A stretch of DNA of 32,000 nt from Mucisphaera calidilacus (GTDB taxonomy: Bacteria > Planctomycetota > Phycisphaerae > Phycisphaerales > Phycisphaeraceae): assembly GCF_007748075.1 (NCBI RefSeq), contig NZ_CP036280.1:3240001-3272000 (forward strand). Reading direction: 5' to 3'. Below, piece by piece: positions 1 through 8,679 of this stretch. The stretch's first letter is position 1, and every line of letters starts with the position of its first letter. The notes under the pieces are model-generated. The model worked only from the letters and a program-made list of their open reading frames with translations, was not told the DNA's origin and ran no database searches. Made by a program: the position numbers and the translations under genes.

Positions 1-3000
1 ACGAGCGACAGACCGGCACCGTCGAGATCCCCATCGGGCAGGCCTCCGCCACCATCACCATCGAGGCCATTGACGACGACCTCGTCGAGGGCGACGAAAC
101 CGTCACCGCCACACTCATCAATCGCGCCGGCTACGCCATCGGCGACGACAACGAAGCCGACATCTCACTCACCGACAACGAGCCCACCGTCACCATCGCC
201 GCCACCGACGACGCGGCCGATGAAGACGGCGGCACCGGAACGTTCACCGTCACACGCGTCGGTAACACCACCGGTGACCTCGAGATTGCCTACCGCCTGA
301 CCGGCACGGCACGCAACGGCACCGACTACGTCGAACTCACCGGCACCGTCACCATCGCCGATGGCGACGCCACCGCCACCATCACCGTGACGCCCGAGGA
401 TGACGCCCTGGTCGAGGGCAGCGAGACCGTCACCGCCACACTCCTCAACAGGAACACCTACGCCATCGGTGACGACAACGCCGCCGACATCACCATCGCC
501 GACAACGAGCCCACCATCACCATCGCCGCCACCGACGACGCGGCCGATGAAGACGGCGGCACCGGAACGTTCACCGTCACACGCGCCGGCAACACCAGCG
601 GCGATCTCGAGGTCAGCTACCGCCTGACCGGCACCGCTCGCAACGGCACCGACTATGCCCAACTCACCGGCACCGTCACCATCCTCGATGGCGACGCCAC
701 CGCCACCATCACCGTGACACCCGAGAACGACGCCCTGGTCGAGAACGACGAGACCGTCACCGCCACACTCCTCAACCGGCCCGAGTACGCCATCGGCGAC
801 GACAACTCGGCCGACATCACCATCGCCGACAACGAGCCGCAACTCTCGATCGAGGCCATCGACCCGACCGCCAGTGAAGACGGCGACAACGGCGCCTTCC
901 GCATCACGCGTGACGGATCCACCGTCGGCGACATCGAGGTGCGGATCCGTGTTTCCGGCACGGCACGCAACGGTACCGACTACGGCGCCATCGACCGCAC
1001 CATCACCCTCTCCGACGGCCAGCCCTTCGTTGACGTCAACGTCGTGCCCGTGAACGACAACCTCGTCGAACGCGACGAGACCGCCGTCGTCACAATCCTG
1101 CCCAGCCGGGCCTACACCCTCGGCAACGACACCAGCGCGACCGTGACCATCGCCGACAACTCGCCGGTCATCAATATTACGGCCAATGACGATGCCGCCG
1201 ACGAAGACGGCGACACGGGCCAGTTCACCGTGACACGCACCGGCTCCACCGTCGGCGACGTCGAGGTCCTCATCAGGGTCACCGGCACGGCACGCAATGG
1301 CACCGACTACACCACCATCGAACGCACCATCACCATCCCCGATGGCGACGCCTCCGTGACCATCGACGTGACCCCCGATGACGATGCCCTCGTCGAGGGC
1401 GACGAGACCGTCACCGTCACCGTCCTGCGCAGCAACGCCTACAACCTCGGCGACAACACCGACGCCACCGTCACCATCGCCGACAACGAGCCGGTCGTCA
1501 CCATCGCCGCCAACGACGCGGCAGCCGACGAGGACGGCGGCACCGGCCAGTTCACCGTGACACGCACCGGCGACAACACCGACGCCGTCGTTGTGAACGT
1601 TCGCATGACCGGAACGGCACGCAACGGCACCGACTACACCACGGTTAACCGCACCGTCACCATCGAGGCCAACCAGAACACCGCAACCATCGACATCACG
1701 CCCGTGAACGACGACCGCGTCGAGGACGCTGAGACCGTCACCGCCACACTCGTCCGCGGCACCGGCTACTCCTTGGGCGGCACCGTTTCGGCCGACGTCA
1801 CCATCGCCGACAACTCGCCCACCATCACGATTGCGTCGGACACCAACCCCGGCGACGACACCGCCGACGAAGACGGCGACACCGGAACCTTCCGCATCTC
1901 GCGGGCAGGCTCCACCGTCGGCGACGTTGACGTACGGATCCGCGTCTCCGGCACCGCACGCAACGGCACTGATTACACCACCACCGGCGACGCACGCATC
2001 GAACGCACCGTCACCATCCCCGATGGCGACGCCTTCGTGGACATCCCCGTGAACGTGATCAACGACGACCGCGTCGAAGATGACGAGACGGTCACCGTCA
2101 CCGTCCTGCGCAGCAACGCCTACAACCTCGGCGCTACCACCGACGCCACCGTCACCATCGCCGACAACTCGCCCACCATCACCATCGCCTCGGACACCAA
2201 CCCCGGCGATGACACCGCCGACGAAGACGGCGACACCGGAACCTTCCGCATCTCACGTGCGGGCTCCACCACGGGTGACGTCGAGGTGCGGATCCGTGTC
2301 TCCGGCACCGCACGCAACGGCACCGACTACACCGCCATCGAACGAACCGTCACCATCCCCGACGGCGACGCCTTCGTTGACATCCCCGTAGACGTGACCA
2401 ACGACAGCCTCGTCGAAAACGATGAGACCGTCACCATCACCCTCCTGCGCAGCAACGCCTACAACCTCGGCGCTACCACCGACGCCACCGTCACCATCGC
2501 CGACAACGAGCCGGTCATCAACATCACCGCCAACGACGCGGCCGCCGACGAAGACGGCGACGCCGGCTCCTTCCGTGTGATCCGCACCGGCTCCACCGTC
2601 GGTGACGTCGAAGTGCTTATCCGCGTCTCCGGTACCGCACGCAACGGCACCGACTACACCGCCATCGAACGCACCGTCACCATCCCCGACGGCGACGCCT
2701 TCGTGGACATCCCCGTGAACGTCATCAACGACAGCCTCGTCGAGAATGACGAGACCGTCACCGTCACCCTCCTGCGTAGCAACGCCTACACCCTCGGCGA
2801 CGACACCGACGCCACTGTCACCATCGCCGACAACGAGCCGGTCATCAACATCGCCGCCAACGACGCGGCAGCCGACGAAGACGGCGACGCCGGCCAGTTC
2901 ACCGTCACACGCACTGGCTCCACCGTTGGCGACGTTGAGGTGCTCATCCGAGTCACCGGCACCGCACGCAACGGCACCGACTACACCGCCATCGAACGCA

Positions 3001-5144
3001 CCGTCACCATCCCCGATGGCGACGCCACCGTGACCATCGACGTGGATGCCATCAATGACAGCCTGGTCGAGAACGACGAGACCGTCACCGTCACCCTCCT
3101 GCGTAGCAACGCCTACACCCTCGGCGACGACACCGACGCCTCCGTCACCATCGCCGACAACGAGCCGGTCATCAACATCGCCGCCAACGACGATGCCGCC
3201 GACGAAGACGGCGACGCGGGTCAGTTCACCGTGACACGCACCGGCTCCACCGTTGGCGACGTTGAGGTGCTCATCCGAGTCACCGGCACCGCACGCAACG
3301 GCACCGACTACACCGCCATCGAACGCACCGTCACCATCCCCGATGGCGACGCCACCGTGACCATCGACGTGGACGCCATCAACGACAGCCTCGTCGAGAA
3401 CGACGAGACCGTCACCGTCACCCTCCTGCGTAGCAACGCCTACAGCCTCGGCGACGACACCGACGCCACTGTCACCATCGCCGACAACGAGCCGGTCATC
3501 AACATCGCCGCCAACGACAATGCGGCCGAGGAGGCCGGCGACGCGGGCCAGTTCACCGTGACACGCACCGGTTCCACCGTCGCCGACGTTGAGGTACTCA
3601 TCCGAGTCACCGGCACCGCACGCAACGGCACCGACTACACCGCCATCGAACGCACCGTCACCATCCTCGATGGCGACGCCACCGCAACCATCGACGTCGC
3701 ACCGATCCAGGACGACCTCGTCGAGGGCGACGAGACCGTCACCGTCACCGTCCTGCGTAGCAACGCCTACACCCTTGGCGACGACACCGACGCCACCGTC
3801 ACCATCGCCGACGACGAGCCGACGGTCACCATCACCGCCAACGACGCGGTCGCGGATGAGTCCGGCAACAACGACGGACAGTTCACGGTCTCCCGGACCG
3901 GCTCCACGGCCGGCACGCTCGATGTCATCCTGCTGATCACGGGCAGCGCACGCAACGGCGTGGACTACACCGAGATCGAGCGCACCGTCACGATCCCTGA
4001 CGGGCAAGCGTCAACCACCATCGACGTCGCGCCCATCGACGACGGCAATACCGAACGCGACGAAACCGTTCGCGCGATTCTCCTCAACAACGCCGCCTAC
4101 AAGCGTGGCGACAGCTTCGACGCCACCGTCACCATCACCGCCGACGTCCTCCCCTCCGTCACGATCGCCGCGACCGATGACGCCGCCGAGGAAGAAGGCA
4201 CCACCACCGGCCAGTTCACCGTGACACGCACGGGTGATACGACCGAGCCCCTCGAAGTCACCGTCGCCATCACCGGCACGGCGACCGACACCGACGACTA
4301 CACCACCATCCCCACCACCGTGACCATCCCGGCCGATCAGGCCACGGCCACCATCACCGTCACGCCCGTGGATGATGCCGTCGGCGAAACCGACGAGACC
4401 GTCATCGTGACCGTCCAGCCGGCCGTCGCCTACACGGTCGGCGTCGATGACAACGCCACCGTCACCATCGCCGACAACGAGCCGGTGATCACGATCGCCG
4501 CGACCGATGACACCGCCGAGGAAGAAGGCACCACCACCGGCGAGTTCACCGTGACGCGTACCGGCGACACCGCCGGCGACCTCGTCGTCCAGCTCAACGT
4601 CACCGGCACGGCCACGGCCACCGACGACTACACGGCCATCCCGGCCACCGTCACCATCCCCGACGGGCAGGCCTCCGCCACCATCACCGTCACGCCCGCG
4701 GATGACATCGTCACCGATGTCGACGAGACGGTGATCGTCACCATCGCCGACGACACGCCTTATACCGTCGGCGTCGATGACAGCGCGACCGTGACGATCA
4801 CGGACAACGAGCCGGTCGTCTCCGTGCTCGCGACCGACGCCGACGCCGCCGAGGCAGGCGTCGACACCGGCACCTTCACCATCTCCCGCACCGGCGACAC
4901 CACCGGCGCCCTGACCGTCAACTACACCATCACGGGCACCGCCACCGATACCGACGACTACGCCACGCTCAGCGGCACCGTCGATATCCCCGATGGCCAG
5001 TCGTCGGTCACCGTCGCCGTCACACCCGTGGACGATGGCGACATCGAAGCCGACGAAACCGTCATCCTCACCATCGACCCCGACGCCGCCTACACCGTGA
5101 GCGTCATCGACGAGGGCACCGTCACGATCGTCAGCGACGACTGA
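1..5144 (+). CDS. Giant secreted/surface repeat protein made of tandem Calx-beta domains. The 5' end lies outside the window, and the GTG at 387 used by the ORF track is internal.
   Basis: Frame 3 is open from base 3 to the TGA at 5142-5144. The translation is about 15.7 back-to-back modules. Each carries the Calx-beta pattern: G(T/S)ARNGTDY ... TV(T/D)IPDG(D/Q)A ... (I/V)xxD(D/S)xVExDETVTVTLL ... TVTIADNEP. Codons are C-ending, as in all + strand genes here. A strong hairpin terminator follows. Confidence 0.85.
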   Translation, partial: ERQTGTVEIPIGQASATITIEAIDDDLVEGDETVTATLINRAGYAIGDDNEADISLTDNEPTVTIAATDDAADEDGGTGTFTVTRVGNTTGDLEIAYRLTGTARNGTDYVELTGTVTIADGDATATITVTPEDDALVEGSETVTATLLNRNTYAIGDDNAADITIADNEPTITIAATDDAADEDGGTGTFTVTRAGNTSGDLEVSYRLTGTARNGTDYAQLTGTVTILDGDATATITVTPENDALVENDETVTATLLNRPEYAIGDDNSADITIADNEPQLSIEAIDPTASEDGDNGAFRITRDGSTVGDIEVRIRVSGTARNGTDYGAIDRTITLSDGQPFVDVNVVPVNDNLVERDETAVVTILPSRAYTLGNDTSATVTIADNSPVINITANDDAADEDGDTGQFTVTRTGSTVGDVEVLIRVTGTARNGTDYTTIERTITIPDGDASVTIDVTPDDDALVEGDETVTVTVLRSNAYNLGDNTDATVTIADNEPVVTIAANDAAADEDGGTGQFTVTRTGDNTDAVVVNVRMTGTARNGTDYTTVNRTVTIEANQNTATIDITPVNDDRVEDAETVTATLVRGTGYSLGGTVSADVTIADNSPTITIASDTNPGDDTADEDGDTGTFRISRAGSTVGDVDVRIRVSGTARNGTDYTTTGDARIERTVTIPDGDAFVDIPVNVINDDRVEDDETVTVTVLRSNAYNLGATTDATVTIADNSPTITIASDTNPGDDTADEDGDTGTFRISRAGSTTGDVEVRIRVSGTARNGTDYTAIERTVTIPDGDAFVDIPVDVTNDSLVENDETVTITLLRSNAYNLGATTDATVTIADNEPVINITANDAAADEDGDAGSFRVIRTGSTVGDVEVLIRVSGTARNGTDYTAIERTVTIPDGDAFVDIPVNVINDSLVENDETVTVTLLRSNAYTLGDDTDATVTIADNEPVINIAANDAAADEDGDAGQFTVTRTGSTVGDVEVLIRVTGTARNGTDYTAIERTVTIPDGDATVTIDVDAINDSLVENDETVTVTLLRSNAYTLGDDTDASVTIADNEPVINIAANDDAADEDGDAGQFTVTRTGSTVGDVEVLIRVTGTARNGTDYTAIERTVTIPDGDATVTIDVDAINDSLVENDETVTVTLLRSNAYSLGDDTDATVTIADNEPVINIAANDNAAEEAGDAGQFTVTRTGSTVADVEVLIRVTGTARNGTDYTAIERTVTILDGDATATIDVAPIQDDLVEGDETVTVTVLRSNAYTLGDDTDATVTIADDEPTVTITANDAVADESGNNDGQFTVSRTGSTAGTLDVILLITGSARNGVDYTEIERTVTIPDGQASTTIDVAPIDDGNTERDETVRAILLNNAAYKRGDSFDATVTITADVLPSVTIAATDDAAEEEGTTTGQFTVTRTGDTTEPLEVTVAITGTATDTDDYTTIPTTVTIPADQATATITVTPVDDAVGETDETVIVTVQPAVAYTVGVDDNATVTIADNEPVITIAATDDTAEEEGTTTGEFTVTRTGDTAGDLVVQLNVTGTATATDDYTAIPATVTIPDGQASATITVTPADDIVTDVDETVIVTIADDTPYTVGVDDSATVTITDNEPVVSVLATDADAAEAGVDTGTFTISRTGDTTGALTVNYTITGTATDTDDYATLSGTVDIPDGQSSVTVAVTPVDDGDIEADETVILTIDPDAAYTVSVIDEGTVTIVSDD
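1..5144 (+). repeat. In-frame tandem coding repeat. The basic unit is 327 nt (109 aa), with some units of 339 and 354 nt.
   Basis: The AAC GAG CC(C/G) module start recurs at 2505, 2832, 3159 and 3486, exactly 327 nt apart. The string agcccacc(g/a)tcaccatcgccgccaccgacgacgcggccgatgaagacggcggcaccggaacgttcaccgtcacacgcg occurs at 181 and 508. Units starting at 1812 and 2166 are longer (354 and 339 nt) because of SDTNPGDDT and TTTGDAR insertions. Confidence 0.9.
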
Positions 5145-5170
5145 GCCCGACCCCACCACGCGACCCAACA

Positions 5171-5199
5171 CGGCCGTGCCCCACAGGCACGGCCGTTTT
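5171..5199 (+). terminator. Rho-independent terminator of the Calx-beta gene
   Basis: Perfect 10-bp stem cggccgtgcc (5171-5180) / ggcacggccg (5186-5195), 5-nt loop ccaca, then tttt (5196-5199). It lies 27 nt after the stop codon. Confidence 0.8.
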
Positions 5200-5285
5200 C
5201 ATGCCCCAACACCCAACTGCCGGTATCCTTACGGCCAGAAGACGAAACTGAGGGCCGGCGCCCTCCACGACCCGGAGAACGCACC

Positions 5286-5813
5286 ATGATCGCACGACTG
5301 CTCCTCATCCTCACCCTGCTGATCACCGTCGGATGCCAGTCCGTCCCCTTGAACGTCAAGACCGCACACGACCCGCAGACCGACTTCTCGACGTTCAAGT
5401 CCTACGCCTGGATCACGCAGGCCAACGAGCTGTTCCTCGTCGACCCCCGCCGAACCCGAACCGCCGAGAACACCCTCACCGGCGAGATCGACAAGCAGCT
5501 GCAGTCTCGTGGCCTCAAGAAGGTCGCCCAGGCCGAAGCCGACCTGGTCGTCTTCATGAAGGCGGGTGTCAGCGAGCACACCGAGACCACCAAGTGGGCC
5601 GAGGGCGAGGGCCAGTACGGGACCGTCGCCATCCCGGTCGAACAACGCGACTACAGACTCGGCTCCCTGATCATCAACCTCGTCGACCCCACACGCAAGG
5701 CCATTGTCTGGCAGGGCACCGCCGACATCGAGTTCGAGAAGTCCGCCGACGCCCAACGCGACATCCCCAAGGCGATCGCACAGATGTTCAAGGACTACCC
5801 CCCGCAGCAGTAA
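5286..5813 (+). CDS. Small lipoprotein, DUF4136-like
   Basis: GGAGA sits 7 nt upstream of the ATG. The N-terminus MIARLLLILTLLITVGC is a signal peptide plus lipobox Cys. The size (175 aa) and the DFSTFKSYAW segment resemble DUF4136 lipoproteins (from memory). Codons are C-ending. Confidence 0.7.
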   Translation: MIARLLLILTLLITVGCQSVPLNVKTAHDPQTDFSTFKSYAWITQANELFLVDPRRTRTAENTLTGEIDKQLQSRGLKKVAQAEADLVVFMKAGVSEHTETTKWAEGEGQYGTVAIPVEQRDYRLGSLIINLVDPTRKAIVWQGTADIEFEKSADAQRDIPKAIAQMFKDYPPQQ

Positions 5814-5836
5814 GCCCGACACTGCACACCAGCCAC

Positions 5837-5867
5837 AAAAAACCCCGGATTCGCGTCCGGGGTTTTT
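5837..5867. terminator. Bidirectional rho-independent terminator between convergent genes
   Basis: Run aaaaaa (5837-5842), stem ccccgga (5843-5849), loop ttcgcg, stem tccgggg (5856-5862), then ttttt (5863-5867). It lies between the lipoprotein stop (5813) and the PFK stop (5882). Confidence 0.75.
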
Positions 5868-5881
5868 CGATGGCATCACTC

Positions 5882-7189
5882 TCACACCGGCTGCGGTGCG
5901 CCCCACGCCCGGGGCTGTCCGGTCGCCTCCAACACGCTGAACCACAACTCGCCCGCGGGGTCCACGCACTGACGCTGTCGACTCACCGCCGGGATCGGCA
6001 CGTTCAGGAACCGACCGTGCCACTTGCCCACCAGCATGTCCGTCAGGCCCGCCATCGCCGCGTGCACCGCGTAGGCCGCCAGCCGGAAACAGAGCACGCT
6101 GTCGTGAGGCGTTGCCGGCAGGCCGCGGATCAGGTAACTCGGGTCCACGTACTTGATCGACGCATCGGGGATCTTCGAACTGATGAGGTCTTTCATCCAC
6201 GGGCCGATGTCGCCGAGCTTCTTGTTGCCCGACTTGTCCGTGCCCTCCGCCTCGACATAGGACTGACCGAAGCCCTCCGCCACGACGACCACCGCGTGGC
6301 CGCGACGCTCGAGCCGCTTGTCCAGGTGCTCGACGAACCCGCCCTCGCCCTCCAGCGACACGTCGACCTCCGGGATCAGGCAGTAGTTCACGTCGTTGCT
6401 CGCCAGTGTCGCGTAGGCCGCGATGAACCCCGAGTGACGGCCCATCAGCTTCACCAGGCCTACGCCCTTGCGTGACGCCCGGGCTTCGTTGTGGGCCGTC
6501 TCGATCGCGTAATGTGCCCGCGTGAACGCCGTCTGAAATCCGAACGACTGCTCCACGTACCGCACGTCGTTGTCGATCGTCTTCGGCAGGCCGACCACCG
6601 CGAGGTCCATCCCCTGTTTGCGCGCCTCGGTCGACAGGTCCAGCGCACCACGCTGCGTCCCGTCACCTCCGATCGTGAACAGGATGTTCACGCCACGCTC
6701 CTTCAGGAACTTCACCATGACGTCATCCGGCTGCTGCCCGCGCGACGAGCCGAGGATCGTCCCGCCATCCTTGTGAATGCTCTCCACCAGGTCAGGCGTC
6801 AGCACCATCGGCTCGTGACCGAACGCCGGGTTCAGCCCCTCGTACCCATAGCGGTAACCCTCGATCGCACGCACGCCATAACGGTGATGCAGCACCATCA
6901 CCAGCCCGCGGATCACATCGTTCAGCCCGGGGCACAGGCCGCCACACGTCACGATCCCCGCACGCGTCTTCGCTGGGTCGAAATAGATCTTCTCGTGCGC
7001 CCCGGCCACCTCAAAGCTCGGCAGTGGCCCGTCGCGGTCCACCTGCTCCCCGAGACTCGACAACCGGTCGTCGTACAACAACCGGTCATCCACGCCCACG
7101 CCGTGCTTGACCGAACCCGTCTTGCCGATCGGCGACGGAAACTCACAAGGCCCCAGACGTCGTACCAGTAAATCCTCTGCGCGCACCAT
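5882..7189 (-). CDS. pfkA: 6-phosphofructokinase, plant-like/group III type of about 435 aa, predicted ATP-dependent
   Basis: Motifs seen: IVTCGGLCPGLNDVIRG, FTIGGDGTQRGA, GLPKTIDNDV, MGRHSGFIA. Gly occupies the position equivalent to E. coli PfkA Gly104 (GGDG), which is the ATP-type signature. Codons are G/T-ending, as in other - strand genes. Confidence 0.85.
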   Translation of the reverse strand: MVRAEDLLVRRLGPCEFPSPIGKTGSVKHGVGVDDRLLYDDRLSSLGEQVDRDGPLPSFEVAGAHEKIYFDPAKTRAGIVTCGGLCPGLNDVIRGLVMVLHHRYGVRAIEGYRYGYEGLNPAFGHEPMVLTPDLVESIHKDGGTILGSSRGQQPDDVMVKFLKERGVNILFTIGGDGTQRGALDLSTEARKQGMDLAVVGLPKTIDNDVRYVEQSFGFQTAFTRAHYAIETAHNEARASRKGVGLVKLMGRHSGFIAAYATLASNDVNYCLIPEVDVSLEGEGGFVEHLDKRLERRGHAVVVVAEGFGQSYVEAEGTDKSGNKKLGDIGPWMKDLISSKIPDASIKYVDPSYLIRGLPATPHDSVLCFRLAAYAVHAAMAGLTDMLVGKWHGRFLNVPIPAVSRQRQCVDPAGELWFSVLEATGQPRAWGAPQPV

Positions 7190-7430
7190 AAAGACTCCAA
7201 TCTCTCAAGACATCGACACTCTAACCTCATTCCCTTACCAGACCTACCCAAGTTTCCGAATCATCCATAAAGACCGTGTTAGGAATACCCGCATCCCGCA
7301 TGAACACCCTGAAAACGCCACAGAATCCACCAAAAACAAACCTCTGAATCCTTTATAATGCCGCTCCACCACAATCGGCCGCTGTGGCCGAATCCACACT
7401 AAATCACTCCTGTTTATGAGGAGCCTCCCC
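7190..7430. promoter_or_regulatory. AT-rich divergent control region shared by the two PFK genes
   Basis: GC content is clearly lower than in the flanks. There is a TATAAT hexamer at 7354-7359 on the + strand. GAATCC occurs at 7323, 7346 and 7390, extending to GAATCCAC at 7323-7330 and 7390-7397, with variants at 7258 and 7283. A 10-nt direct repeat CCATAAAGAC lies at 7186-7195 and 7265-7274. No transcription start can be proven from sequence. Confidence 0.5.
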
Positions 7431-8627
7431 ATGGGTACCCCCCTCGAGGGCAACGCCATCATCGGTCAGTCCGGTGGACCCACCGCCGTCATCAACCAGT
7501 CCATGGTCGGCGTCGTCGAAGGACTCCGCGGCAAGCCCGGCGTCCAGAAGATCCTCGGCGCACGCCACGCCGTCCGAGGCATCATCAACCACGACTTCAT
7601 CGACCTCACCGACATCGGTCAGGACAAACTCGACGCCATCGCGCGCACCCCCTCCGCCGGCCTCGGCTCCTCCCGCGACAAGCCCGACGCCGCCTACTGC
7701 GAGCGCATCTTCGAGGCCTTCCGCAAGGAGAACATCCGCTACTTCTTCTACATCGGCGGCAACGACTCCTCCGACACCTGCCGCATCGTCAACGAGATGG
7801 CCAAGCAGCAGGACTACGAGCTCCACTGCTTCCACTGCCCCAAGACCATCGACAACGACCTCGTCAAGAACGACCACACCCCCGGCTACGGCTCCGCCGC
7901 CAGGTTCGTTGCCCAGGCCTTCATGGGTGACAACCTCGACAACGCAGCGCTCCCCGGCATCAAGATCAACGTCGTCATGGGCCGACACGCCGGCTTCCTG
8001 ACCGCCGCCTCGATGCTCGGCCGACGCTCGCCCGCCGACGGGCCCCACCTCATCTACGTCCCCGAGGTCGCCTTCGACGAGGACAAGTTCCTCGCCGACG
8101 TCGACAAGGTCTTCACCGAACGCGGACGCTGCCTGATCTCCGTCTCCGAGGGCATCCACGACGCCGACGGCACCGCGCTCGTGACCAAGCTCGCCGAGGA
8201 CGTCGAGAAAGACGCCCACGGCAACGTCCAGCTCTCCGGCACCGGCGCGCTCGGCGACTTGCTCTCCGACCTCATCAAGAAGAAGCTCGGGGCCAAACGC
8301 GTCCGCGCCGACACCTTCGGTTACCTCCAGCGCTGCTTCAACGGCGTCGTCTCCGAGGCCGACGCCTCCGAGGCCCGCGCCTCCGGTCGCAAGGCCGCCG
8401 AACTCGCCACCTCCGGCGACATCGACGGCTCCATCGCCATCGTCCGCAAGTCCGATGCCCCCTACACCGTCGATTACGAACGCATCGAGCTCTCCGACGT
8501 CGCCGCCAAGACCAAGACCCTCGACCCCAAGTACATCGTCGACGGCAACAACATCGACGAGTCCTTCAAGAAGTACCTCGCGCCCATCGTCGGCGACCTG
8601 CCCCCCGTCGAGACCATCCTCTATTAA
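7431..8627 (+). CDS. pfp: Pyrophosphate--fructose-6-phosphate 1-phosphotransferase (PPi-PFK), short type of about 400 aa
   Basis: Motifs seen: IGQSGGPTAVINQS, FYIGGNDSSDT, HCPKTIDNDL, MGRHAGFL. Asp and Lys occupy the positions equivalent to E. coli PfkA Gly104 and Gly124, which is the PPi-type signature. AGGAG at 7418-7422 lies 8 nt before the ATG at 7431, so I prefer 7431 over the ORF-track start at 7416. C-ending codon bias is extreme. Confidence 0.85.
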   Translation: MGTPLEGNAIIGQSGGPTAVINQSMVGVVEGLRGKPGVQKILGARHAVRGIINHDFIDLTDIGQDKLDAIARTPSAGLGSSRDKPDAAYCERIFEAFRKENIRYFFYIGGNDSSDTCRIVNEMAKQQDYELHCFHCPKTIDNDLVKNDHTPGYGSAARFVAQAFMGDNLDNAALPGIKINVVMGRHAGFLTAASMLGRRSPADGPHLIYVPEVAFDEDKFLADVDKVFTERGRCLISVSEGIHDADGTALVTKLAEDVEKDAHGNVQLSGTGALGDLLSDLIKKKLGAKRVRADTFGYLQRCFNGVVSEADASEARASGRKAAELATSGDIDGSIAIVRKSDAPYTVDYERIELSDVAAKTKTLDPKYIVDGNNIDESFKKYLAPIVGDLPPVETILY

Positions 8628-8654
8628 ACAACGACCCTCATCACGACCCCACAA

Positions 8655-8678
8655 GCCCCGGCACACGCCGGGGCTTTT
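8655..8678 (+). terminator. Rho-independent terminator of pfp
   Basis: Stem gccccggc (8655-8662), loop acac, stem gccggggc (8667-8674), then tttt (8675-8678). It abuts the polX stop codon. Confidence 0.75.
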
Positions 8679-8679
8679 C

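Noticed and set aside
70-3936. Same-strand alternative-frame ORFs rich in P/S/T (for example 70..300, 2080..2391, 2746..3033, 3589..3936)
   Set aside because: These are out-of-frame readings of the C-rich coding strand (PSPSPTTSPP...). They are periodic only because the underlying Calx-beta repeat is periodic.
1-5144. A regular 327-nt repeat array that could superficially resemble a CRISPR or satellite array
   Set aside because: The units are contiguous with no unique spacers, are far longer than CRISPR repeats, and are in-frame protein modules.
165-5171. Long antisense ORFs inside the Calx-beta gene (165..842, 2253..4007 of 584 aa, 4011..5171 of 386 aa, and many of 60-70 aa)
   Set aside because: Their translations are low-complexity G/D/V repeats (GDGDGGVGVV...). 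They simply mirror the sense-strand repeat, with no start context or domains. They are shadow ORFs of a repetitive high-GC gene.
5229-6475. ORFs 5229..6200 (-) and 5333..6475 (+) spanning the lipoprotein gene, the terminator and part of pfkA
   Set aside because: They run across a clear bidirectional terminator and overlap two well-supported genes. Their composition is R/G/P-rich and they have no motifs.
7370-7400. GGCCGAATCC resembling a tRNA T-arm, and other intergenic regions checked for tRNA genes
   Set aside because: No cloverleaf can be built: there is no matching acceptor or anticodon stem, and the T-stem is not complementary. No tRNA, rRNA or tmRNA signatures were seen in any spacer.
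7404-8666. 420-aa antisense ORF opposite pfp
   Set aside because: It is a G/V/D/A-rich shadow of a gene with unmistakable PFK motifs, and its codon third positions do not fit a - strand gene.
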